DNA of 64,000 nt from Longimicrobiales bacterium (GTDB lineage Bacteria; Gemmatimonadota; Gemmatimonadetes; Longimicrobiales; Gaopeijiaceae): positions 1,408,001 through 1,472,000 of the forward strand of contig OZ220732.1 in the NCBI GenBank assembly GCA_965116905.1, read 5' to 3'. The position numbers were made by a program, and so were the translations under genes. Of this stretch, positions 56,165 through 64,000 are shown one piece after another. The notes beneath the pieces were generated by a model that was given only the letters and a program-made list of their open reading frames with translations, was not told the DNA's origin and did not search any database. Within the stretch, counting starts at the first letter, position 1. The number at the start of each line of letters is the position of its first letter.

Positions 56165-57541
56165 GTGAACCGAATCATCAACATGAAGCGCGGCGAGCTT
56201 CCCCTGGCCGCCATGTCCGCGCTCTTCTTCTTCGTCATTCTCTGCGGGTACTTCTTCCTCCGTCCGGTGCGCGAGGCGATGGGTGTCGCGCGCGGCATGG
56301 ACGAACTGCGCTGGCTTTTCGCGATCAACTGCTTCGCGTCGCTCGGCGCGGTCCTGGCCTTCGGCGGCGTCGTGGCGCGCACGAACCGGCGCCGCTTCAT
56401 CCCCGTGGCCTACCTCTTCGTGATCGTGTGCCTGATCGGGTTCGCCGCACTGCTGATCCAGGATGTGCGGTCGGGGGGCGGTCTGATCGGCACCGATGCG
56501 CAGACCGCGCTCTCACGGGGCGTGGGCTACTCCTTCTACATCTGGCTCACGGTCATCAACCTGTTCACCACCAGCGTTTTCTGGGCGTTCATGGTGGACA
56601 TCTTCAACGTCGACCAGGGCAAGAGGATGTTCGCCTTCATCGGGATCGGCGGCACGTTGGGCGCCATATGCGGAAGCTGGTGGACCACCGTCATCAGCAA
56701 TTGGACGGAGAGCCCCTACCTTCCCGCGGGCCTCATGCTGATCGGGGCGGCGTTCTTCGCGGTGGCGATCGCCGTCATGCTGATTCTGGAAAGGATGGCG
56801 GTGCAGTCGGACGCATCCGCGATGGAAGCGATCGGCAGCGGTACCGCCGGCGATGGGCCGGGAGACGGCGAAGGCGAGGGCAGGACCGGGGGCGGGGACG
56901 ACGCAATCGGGGGTACCTTCTGGGACGGCGCCCGTGCGGTCGCAACCTCGCCGTACCTGCTCGGGGTCGGCCTGTGGGTGGTGTTCATGGCCGTGTCCAA
57001 CACGCTGATCTACTTCACCCAGGCGAACATCATCCTGGGCGATTCCGACACCTTCAGCCAGCTGCTCGGCAACTTCGCGCAGTTCGACAACCTGGCGCAG
57101 ATCGCGACGCTGATCACCCAGATCTTCATCACCACGCACGTGATCCGGAAGCTGGGCGTGGGGTGGACGCTGGCGATCCTGCCGCTCGTGACCCTGGCGG
57201 GATTCGCGGTGCTCGCGGTGTGGCCGGTCTACGGCGTCATGCTGATCTTCCAGGCCGTGCACCGGGCGACCCGCTACGCCATTTCAAGGCCCTCCCGCGA
57301 GACGCTCTTCAGCGTCGTGACGCCGTCCGAGAAGTACAAGGCCAAGCCGGTCGTCGACGTGTTCCTGTACCGGGGCGGCGATCTCGCCGGCGCGGGGATC
57401 GATGGTGCCTTCGCGCTACTCGGGCTGACCCTGGTGTGGGTTGCGGTGTCGACGGGGCCGCTGGCGGCGATGTGGATAGTGCTGTCGATGGGACTCGGAA
57501 GGGCGCAGGCACGGAAGGTGGCAGAAGGAGGCGCCGGGTAG
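56165..57541 (+). CDS. MFS transporter, Npt1/TLC-like (second paralog)
   Basis: GYFFLRPVREAMG, FTTSVFWAFMVD, RMFAFIG, PSRETLF, KYKAKPVVDVFLYRGGD; start uncertain. Confidence 0.82.
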   Translation: MNRIINMKRGELPLAAMSALFFFVILCGYFFLRPVREAMGVARGMDELRWLFAINCFASLGAVLAFGGVVARTNRRRFIPVAYLFVIVCLIGFAALLIQDVRSGGGLIGTDAQTALSRGVGYSFYIWLTVINLFTTSVFWAFMVDIFNVDQGKRMFAFIGIGGTLGAICGSWWTTVISNWTESPYLPAGLMLIGAAFFAVAIAVMLILERMAVQSDASAMEAIGSGTAGDGPGDGEGEGRTGGGDDAIGGTFWDGARAVATSPYLLGVGLWVVFMAVSNTLIYFTQANIILGDSDTFSQLLGNFAQFDNLAQIATLITQIFITTHVIRKLGVGWTLAILPLVTLAGFAVLAVWPVYGVMLIFQAVHRATRYAISRPSRETLFSVVTPSEKYKAKPVVDVFLYRGGDLAGAGIDGAFALLGLTLVWVAVSTGPLAAMWIVLSMGLGRAQARKVAEGGAG

Positions 57542-57588
57542 CGGCGGGCTCTGGCAGCCCGTGGACAGGATCCCCCCGGCCCGCAAGG

Positions 57589-59229
57589 TCAGTGTGCGGT
57601 CTCCGTCAGCAGCCAGAACGCGATCTCCCGGGCCTCGTCCATCGTGTCGACCCGGTGGCTCTCGGGTATTTCCCGCAACGTGTCGAGCGTGGCCAGGGTC
57701 CGCGCGACCGAACCGGAGAGACCCATGGCGATGCACTCGGTATGCTGGGCCTTGGCGGTGGTGATGAGCCGGCTGATGGTCATGGCGGCACTGTCATCGA
57801 TGTGTCTTGCCTCGGTGAAATCGAATATGACGACTTCGTGGTCCTTGATGTCCTCCCCGATCACACCGTAGAGCTTCTGTGAAGAGGCGACCGTGAAGTT
57901 CCCGTTGAGGCGCACGAGGCCCACGCGCGCGGCATAGCGGTCGAGGTCCTCCGCGCCCGCGAGACCGGCGAACATCACGTGGTCCAGCACGGGCACGGAG
58001 ACCACGCTTTCCAGCTCCAGCGCTTCGATTTGCCGGGCGTGCACCATGCCGGCTGCGATCAGACCGATGGCCACCGCCGTGACCAGGTCGACGAACACGG
58101 TCAACCCGAGGGTGAGCAGCATGACCAGGAGATGCTCTCGTCGGATCCGGTGGATGCGTGTGAGCAGCGGCCAGTCGATGATGTCCCAGCCGACCTTCAT
58201 CAGGATCCCCGCAAGGACGGCGTGGGGGATCGGTTCGACATACTGCCCGAGTCCGAGCACAAGCGCCAGGACGAGGAGCGCGCGCAGTGCGCCCGACACC
58301 TGCGTTGCGCCGCCGGCGCGGATGTTGGTCACCGTGCCCATGGTGGCGCCGGCGCCGGGAAGTCCCCCGAAGACCCCCGACACCATGTTGCCGATGCCCT
58401 GGCCGACGAGTTCGCGATTCGGGTTGTGACGCGTCCCGGTGAGGGAGTCCGCGACCAGCGAGGTCAGCAGGCTGTCCACCGAGCCGAGAAGCGCCAGGAT
58501 CAGGGCGGGCTGAAACGCGCCGACCAGGAAGCTCGCGGTGGGCAGTTCCAGCTGCATTCGGGGCAGTCCGGAGGGGATCTCGCCGATGACCGGCACGTTG
58601 CCCAGCCACAGAATCGAGAGGGCGGTGCCAATCAGCAGCGCAACCAGGAGTCCCGGCAGGTACTTCGCGAGGCGCCGGGGCCACAATACCGCGATGACCA
58701 GAGAGACGGCGGCGAGGGCGAGTGCGCCCGGGTTGAGTTCGGCCAGCGCCTCGGGCAGTGCGCGGAGTGCACCCAGGGGTCCGCCGGCGGCGGGTGCCGC
58801 GCCGAGGAACGGGAGCGCCTGGATCAGCATGATGATCAGCCCGACCCCGGACATGAACCCCGAAATCACGACGTAGGGGGTGTAGACTACGAAGCGGCCC
58901 ATCCGCAGCAGCCCCAGCAGGATCTGAAGCACCCCTCCGAGTACGACGACCGTGAACGCCTCGGCGAGCGTGGACGCGTGCGTCGTGATGACCACCGCCA
59001 TCGCGACCGTCATCGGACCGGTCGGCCCGGAAATCTGGGACCGCGTGCCCCCGAATACCGACGCGAAGAAGCCGACCGCAATCACGCTGTAGAGACCGGC
59101 GGCCGCGCCCAGGCCGGACGCGACGCCGAAGGCGAGGGCCACCGGCAGCGCCACCACCGCCGACGTCACACCCCCGAACAGGTCGCCGCGGAGGATGTCC
59201 AGGGTGTACGCTTTGCCGTTCAGCTTCAT
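57589..59229 (-). CDS. SulP family anion transporter with STAS domain
   Basis: GDLFGGVTSAVVALPVALAFG, QISGPTGPM, NRELVGQGIGN, C-terminal VIFDF...IDDSA STAS. Confidence 0.93.
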   Translation of the reverse strand: MKLNGKAYTLDILRGDLFGGVTSAVVALPVALAFGVASGLGAAAGLYSVIAVGFFASVFGGTRSQISGPTGPMTVAMAVVITTHASTLAEAFTVVVLGGVLQILLGLLRMGRFVVYTPYVVISGFMSGVGLIIMLIQALPFLGAAPAAGGPLGALRALPEALAELNPGALALAAVSLVIAVLWPRRLAKYLPGLLVALLIGTALSILWLGNVPVIGEIPSGLPRMQLELPTASFLVGAFQPALILALLGSVDSLLTSLVADSLTGTRHNPNRELVGQGIGNMVSGVFGGLPGAGATMGTVTNIRAGGATQVSGALRALLVLALVLGLGQYVEPIPHAVLAGILMKVGWDIIDWPLLTRIHRIRREHLLVMLLTLGLTVFVDLVTAVAIGLIAAGMVHARQIEALELESVVSVPVLDHVMFAGLAGAEDLDRYAARVGLVRLNGNFTVASSQKLYGVIGEDIKDHEVVIFDFTEARHIDDSAAMTISRLITTAKAQHTECIAMGLSGSVARTLATLDTLREIPESHRVDTMDEAREIAFWLLTETAH

Positions 59230-59336
59230 GAACGATTTGACGTCGGAGAGAGGTCAGCCGTCAAGAGCGGTATGTTTTTTGCGGTTGGTCTTGTTCGTCG
59301 GCCGGGCTTCTGCCGATCCACCCGCGAGACTCTCCT

Positions 59337-61634
59337 TTGCCAATCCTGGAGCTGCAACTGCGATCTTTGAGCGCCGTCTCACTGCTCCTCCCGCTCCTCG
59401 CCGTCACCGTGCACGGCGAGGTTGCCGCCCAGGCCACCGTGCCCACCGACACCCTGCCGCCCGACACTGTGCCCAGCGACCCCGCCCGGGACGCCTATCT
59501 CGACGAGACCGCCCGCCGCCTCGTGCTGGGCGTGAAGGCCGCCCGCGACACCGCGCGGCTCGGCATCGATTCGTACACCGGCCTGACCCGCGAACGCGTG
59601 AACTTCCAGGCGCCCGCCCTGCGCCGCGACCGGCCCTGGGTGAACGGCGAGCGCGTGACGCGGGTCCGCTGGTCGCGCAGCGAGCCCTCGGTGGTGCACG
59701 TCCTGGGGTCCCGGCTCCGGCACCCGGGGATCGGGCCGAACGATCGCCGCCAGTTCTTCCCCGGACTCGGACTGGACCGTTACGCGGCCAATCCGCTGTG
59801 GGATCCGTTCGTACTGGGCGCCACCGACGCGGCTGAGTCAGACGGGGGCGGCACCGTAGTCCGAAGCCCGCTCGCCGCCGATGCGGAGCGCTACTATCAG
59901 TACCGCTCGGGCGACACCCTCTCCGTGCAACTGGCCGACGGTCGCTCGATCGATGTCGTCGCCGTGACCGTGATTCCGCGCATCCGCAGCATCCGGCTTG
60001 TTTCCGCGATCATGTGGGTCGACCGCGAGTCCTTCAATCTGGTGCGTGTAGCATCTCGGCCGGCGAAGCGGGTCGATTCCGAGCTGTCCTGGCAGCTAAG
60101 GCACGATGACGGGTGGAGCCTGGGCCTGGCGATAACGGCGGACGACCCCGGCGCCGATCAGGACTCCGCGCGTGCCCGGCCCGGCATCTTCGAGCGCGTG
60201 GTGAGCGGAGCGATCAACGGGCTCATGGCTCCGCTGGAACTCGATATCTCCGCGATGGTGGTCGACTACGGACTGTGGGAGCTGAAGCACTGGCTTCCAC
60301 GCAGCGTGGTGCTGGAGGCGCACATGACGGTTCGGATGGACGACGGGGCGGAGGCGGATGTGGTTCCCACCATGCCGGTCTCCTTCGACTGGGCGCTGGA
60401 AGTCGAGGACATCCGAGAGCGTGGAGCGGAGGCGCCTGCGGGCATGCCGGGGACGGCCCTGGAGGCTCTGGAGCGCTGGCGCCAACCCGGTGACAGCATC
60501 GAGGGCGACCTGAAATCCGCCGATTCCGGCGAGCTGGTCACCATCACACCCGACGACCGGGCGGCGCTGACCGAGAGCACCCTGCTGCCCCCGACGATCT
60601 GGGAAGACAGGAGAGGCCCGCTCGACCCGGAACTGCTGGCGGGGATTGCCTCCGACCTGGCCGCGATCGGCACGGGCGAGGGAGGCCCCGCGGAGGAGGA
60701 GGCGAGCCCGTGGATCCTGGAACCTCCGGTCAAGACGCTGAGGCTGCTGCGCTACAACCCGGTCGAGGGCGTCTCGATCGGTGCCAGGGTGCTGCGCGAC
60801 TTCGGGCGGTCGAGAGTCCTGTTCACGACGAGAGTGGGTACCCGCGAGTTGGACATTCCCGACATGGACCTGACCTTCCAGCGCGACCGTCCGGGTCACA
60901 GGCTGTGGTTGTCCCTCTACCACGACCTGCGCAGTGGTGAACTGGACGCCGGAGGGGGCGGCGGCAGTCCCGATGCCATCCTGACCGAAGCCGACTCCAC
61001 CGCCTTTCACTGGTCCACCGGCGCCTCGCTGCGCATCCTGCCGGGAGGGGGTCAGCGCAACTGGCTTTCTCTGACCGTCTTCGGTGAACGCGACACCGAG
61101 ATCGGGACGGGCGTGCAGCGGGACCGTTTCGGCGCCTCGGTCGGGTGGCGGCCCTGGTGGGGAGGGCGCGACGGGGCGTTGGCCGGAGGGGGCCGGACCC
61201 TGGTGCGGGGATCGCTGGGGGACAACCCGCACGTAAAGACCATCGCCGAAGCCGTGCTGATCATGCCCCTGGGAGGTGGCAGGTCGCTCGGCGTCCAGAG
61301 CGGGGCGGCCGCGGTGTGGGGCGACCCGGCCCCGCTCGACCTGTGGAACCTGGGAAGCAGCGCCAACTGGCTGCGGGGACATCGCAATTCGGTGCGTGAG
61401 GACAGGGTATGGGGTGCCAGACTGGACCTGCAGCAGCCCGTTCGCTTCCTGCGCGCGTCCGTTTTTGGGGACTGGGTGTCCACCGGGGGCGACGATCTGT
61501 ACGCGGCCGGCGTCGGCCTCGTCTTCATGGACGGGATCGTCCGCCTGGACCTGGCCAAAGGGTTCAGGTTCGGGAGGGTGGGTCGCCCGGACGCCGTCCT
61601 CAGACTGCACCTGTTGGGGGATACGTTCTTCTGA
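59337..61634 (+). CDS. Hypothetical exported protein, probable outer-membrane beta-barrel C-terminus
   Basis: Signal peptide; RYNPVEG motif; alternating beta-strands; terminal Phe (GDTFF). Confidence 0.65.
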   Translation: MPILELQLRSLSAVSLLLPLLAVTVHGEVAAQATVPTDTLPPDTVPSDPARDAYLDETARRLVLGVKAARDTARLGIDSYTGLTRERVNFQAPALRRDRPWVNGERVTRVRWSRSEPSVVHVLGSRLRHPGIGPNDRRQFFPGLGLDRYAANPLWDPFVLGATDAAESDGGGTVVRSPLAADAERYYQYRSGDTLSVQLADGRSIDVVAVTVIPRIRSIRLVSAIMWVDRESFNLVRVASRPAKRVDSELSWQLRHDDGWSLGLAITADDPGADQDSARARPGIFERVVSGAINGLMAPLELDISAMVVDYGLWELKHWLPRSVVLEAHMTVRMDDGAEADVVPTMPVSFDWALEVEDIRERGAEAPAGMPGTALEALERWRQPGDSIEGDLKSADSGELVTITPDDRAALTESTLLPPTIWEDRRGPLDPELLAGIASDLAAIGTGEGGPAEEEASPWILEPPVKTLRLLRYNPVEGVSIGARVLRDFGRSRVLFTTRVGTRELDIPDMDLTFQRDRPGHRLWLSLYHDLRSGELDAGGGGGSPDAILTEADSTAFHWSTGASLRILPGGGQRNWLSLTVFGERDTEIGTGVQRDRFGASVGWRPWWGGRDGALAGGGRTLVRGSLGDNPHVKTIAEAVLIMPLGGGRSLGVQSGAAAVWGDPAPLDLWNLGSSANWLRGHRNSVREDRVWGARLDLQQPVRFLRASVFGDWVSTGGDDLYAAGVGLVFMDGIVRLDLAKGFRFGRVGRPDAVLRLHLLGDTFF

Positions 61635-61674
61635 TACACTAGCCGCCGGACGACCGGAATCGGAGACCTGGCTG

Positions 61675-62139
61675 ATGGGAAGACTGTGGGGTGGCGGAGC
61701 CCTGATCGCGATCGCGCTCTTCGTGGTGCTGGGATTCGTGCGCTCGGAGGTCGACCCGCTGGCCCTCTCCACGATTGTGGCGCTCGCAATCGGGGCCGGG
61801 CTCCCGGCCGGCGGGGCCGCGTGGCTGCTGGCACGCCACTTCGGGGCTCGCCGCCGTATTGGGCAACGCCGCGAACAGCTCCGCCGCGACACAATCGAGG
61901 CGGAAGTCCTGAGGATGGCGGGGCGGAACGACGGTCGGCTGACCGCGGTTGAGGTCGCGGGCGAACTGGCCGTGTCACCGGCGATGGCCGAGGAGGTGCT
62001 GAACGGGCTGATGACGAGGGAGCTGGCCGAGATCGAAGTCACCGATTCGGGCCTTCTGGTGTACACCTTTCACGACGTGCGGCACCTTTCCGAGAAGGCC
62101 GCCGCGAGGGGAATCCTCGAGCCTTCGACCGGGCCGTGA
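61675..62139 (+). CDS. Hypothetical membrane protein (2 TM plus winged-helix-like C-terminus)
   Basis: GGAG before ATG 61675; two TM; GRLTAVEVA...SGLLVYTF. Confidence 0.7.
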   Translation: MGRLWGGGALIAIALFVVLGFVRSEVDPLALSTIVALAIGAGLPAGGAAWLLARHFGARRRIGQRREQLRRDTIEAEVLRMAGRNDGRLTAVEVAGELAVSPAMAEEVLNGLMTRELAEIEVTDSGLLVYTFHDVRHLSEKAAARGILEPSTGP

Positions 62140-62795
62140 GCGAGCCGCGCTGGCCGTGTCCCGTCTGTGTCGGCGTCAAGATGGAGAAGGCGACCGTGGT
62201 CACGAGGGGCGACGATGGCGCTGGCGAACTCACCCTCGATCATTGTCCCCGATGCGGGGGCATGTGGTTCGAGCTGGGCGAGGTGCAGCGGCTGCGTTCG
62301 GAACCGCCCGAGTCGCTGTGGACGCATGTGCCGACCCGCACCGAACGGCACCGGGCGCAGTGTCACGCCTGCCGTGCGTTCCTCGACCGCGACGAGCGCG
62401 AATGCGGCGCGTGCGGTGCGAAGGCCCGCCTGAACTGCCCCGCCTGCGACACCCAAATGCTGTGGGCTCGCCGGTCGGAGCTGACCCTCGACGTGTGCAA
62501 GCGGTGCAAGGGCGTGTGGTTCGACCACCACGAAGTTGAAGCGATCTGGAAGCTCAAGCGCGATCAGCTCGTCGCGAAGCGAAGGCGGCGAGGGAAGCTC
62601 AGGCAGACCACGGACGGGGAGGGCGCGGCACTCCTGTTCGAGGGTGTGTTCTGGGCGCCGGAGCTGCTGGCCGCGCCGGGGTACGCCGCTTCGGCCGCGG
62701 CAGAGGCGGCGCCGGTTGTGGGAGAGGCCGTCGGCAAGGCGGCGTCCAGCGTGTTCGAGACGATCGTGGAGATCGTGGTGGGGGTGCTGGGCTGA
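62136..62795 (+). CDS. Multi zinc-ribbon (zf-TFIIB-like) protein
   Basis: Six CxxC; LDHCPRCGGMWF and LDVCKRCKGVWFD motifs; GTGA overlap. Confidence 0.78.
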   Translation: MSEPRWPCPVCVGVKMEKATVVTRGDDGAGELTLDHCPRCGGMWFELGEVQRLRSEPPESLWTHVPTRTERHRAQCHACRAFLDRDERECGACGAKARLNCPACDTQMLWARRSELTLDVCKRCKGVWFDHHEVEAIWKLKRDQLVAKRRRRGKLRQTTDGEGAALLFEGVFWAPELLAAPGYAASAAAEAAPVVGEAVGKAASSVFETIVEIVVGVLG

Positions 62796-62818
62796 AGGGG
62801 GGGGCGGCGATCGCCCCC

Positions 62819-63328
62819 CTATTCCAGCACCAGATCCCCGATCAGGTGCGTGGCGTGCTCCCACTCGTCGAGGGGCGCCTTCCAGTCGCGGTCGCGGATC
62901 CGTCGCAGGTAGGTCATCTGGGCCAGGTGATAGAGATAGTGCTGCGCGATGTGCACCACATCCGCCCCCAGCCGCGCCCCTGTCTCGCCGTCGAGCGAGG
63001 TCCGCTCGGCCATGAGGTCCGCGTCGCTCTTGCACCCCTCCACCTCCGCCAGAATCTGCTCCTGGATCGTGCGCATCCGCCCGGCGACCTCGTCGACCGT
63101 CCCCGGGGCGTCGTGGCTGATCACGGGCTCGATTCCGAGCCGTTTCAGGAACCAGACATCGACGCGGTACATGTGGCGGCACATCTTGCCGATCCCGCGC
63201 GATCCGGGCGCGGGGTTCCAGTCGAAGTCCTCCTGCGCGATCCCGTCGAGCACCGTGAACAGCGACTTGCGCGCGGCCTCGAAGAGCTCGACGGTGCGGG
63301 CGATCCGGGTGCGGTGCGATTGGCTCAA
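62819..63328 (-). CDS. DinB family protein
   Basis: FDWNP...IGKMCRHM...HIAQHYLYHLAQMTYLRR His pattern. Confidence 0.82.
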   Translation of the reverse strand: MSQSHRTRIARTVELFEAARKSLFTVLDGIAQEDFDWNPAPGSRGIGKMCRHMYRVDVWFLKRLGIEPVISHDAPGTVDEVAGRMRTIQEQILAEVEGCKSDADLMAERTSLDGETGARLGADVVHIAQHYLYHLAQMTYLRRIRDRDWKAPLDEWEHATHLIGDLVLE

Positions 63329-63366
63329 TTCGGGTCTCTCGGGGTCGTCTCAGGGTCCTCTCGGGG

Positions 63367-63693
63367 CTACCCCTGCCCGAGCTGATGCGTGTCCTTCAGG
63401 CGCTCCACAGTCTCGGCGAAGGTGTGGACCGGAACGATCTCCAGCATGTTGAACGAGGCGAGGCCGGTGTCGATGGCGAATCGTTCGATCGAGTGGGGAT
63501 CATCCGCTTCCACGATCCACAGGAACGTGTGTTCCAGCGCCGAATGGTACTGTGCCTCGATCCGCCGGATACCGTAGGTCTCGGCGATATGCGCCGGGTC
63601 GAGCGCGGCGACGTCGACGAACACCTGGGCGTACTTCCGTACGTAGATGGGACAGGTTTCGGGCGTGTGGCTACCGTAGATTCCGTATAGCAT
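63367..63693 (-). CDS. Hypothetical small alpha/beta protein (DUF3303/GYD-like)
   Basis: MLYGIYGSHTPETCP...HTFLWIVEADD...EIVPV. Confidence 0.6.
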   Translation of the reverse strand: MLYGIYGSHTPETCPIYVRKYAQVFVDVAALDPAHIAETYGIRRIEAQYHSALEHTFLWIVEADDPHSIERFAIDTGLASFNMLEIVPVHTFAETVERLKDTHQLGQG

Positions 63694-63794
63694 GGCTGGC
63701 AATCCGTGAAGAGGGCGAGGAACGGTAACCAGCGGGAACGTCCGTGGACAACCTTGGTGACACGGGATCGAGAATCCATTATTGTGACAAACAC

Positions 63795-64000
63795 ATGAAC
63801 GACACTCTCGCAATCACCCGGTCGAGTACGCATCTGGCCTCTGCATCGCGGCTGGCTGCGTGCGCGTCGCTGTGGTGTGGCGTGCACTGTGCGCTCACGC
63901 CGTTCCTGGCCGTGGCGGCACCCGCGCTGGCGCTTTCCGAAGGCCTTGAGCGGGCCTTCTGGCTGGGGACCGTCGTTGTCGGCGCGTTGGTGCTCTTCAT
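63795..64000 (+). CDS. MerC-domain membrane protein, truncated by the window edge
   Basis: Not in the ORF track. Manual translation from ATG 63795: MNDTLAIT...AACASLWCGVHCALTPFLAVAAP...LERAFWLGTVVVGALVLF (CxxHC MerC-type motif). Confidence 0.7.
   Translation, partial: MNDTLAITRSSTHLASASRLAACASLWCGVHCALTPFLAVAAPALALSEGLERAFWLGTVVVGALVLF

Noticed and set aside
63779..64000. 73-aa minus-strand ORF at the right edge
   Set aside because: The opposite strand encodes a more convincing MerC-like membrane protein.

Overview
High-GC bacterial chromosomal segment; the gene families and order resemble Gemmatimonadota (inference only). About 53 protein-coding genes are supportable, including two edge-truncated genes missing from the ORF track: a Na+:solute symporter at the left edge and a MerC-domain protein at the right edge. 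I saw no rRNA, tRNA, CRISPR array, integrase or transposase. Most of the window is housekeeping, envelope and peptide-catabolism DNA: PIG-L deacetylase, HinT, paired amidohydrolases, an ATL/HEAT-cyclophilin/Ntn-acylase/giant M14 peptidase operon, pcm, a POT transporter, a LeuA-like synthase, phoB-phoR-pstSCAB-phoU, fabG-like, msrB, idh, gcdH, two Npt/TLC-like MFS paralogs and SulP. Four things stand out. (1) An accessory block at about 10.1-16.8 kb (DUF6569/ARPP-1 protein divergent from an atypical MerR regulator, a large 2OG-Fe(II) oxygenase, a Tat metallo-hydrolase, VapBC) is punctuated by three copies of a 16-bp core and a 59-bp remnant of the merR 3' end. (2) Three operon junctions carry a tandemly duplicated ATGA stop/start overlap whose period (17, 17, 8) creates minigenes that pass the overlap on to the real gene. 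(3) The Pst system is degenerate at conserved catalytic motifs. (4) Two nucleotide-translocase-like paralogs sit head to head. All family calls come from motif recognition by eye, not from database searches.
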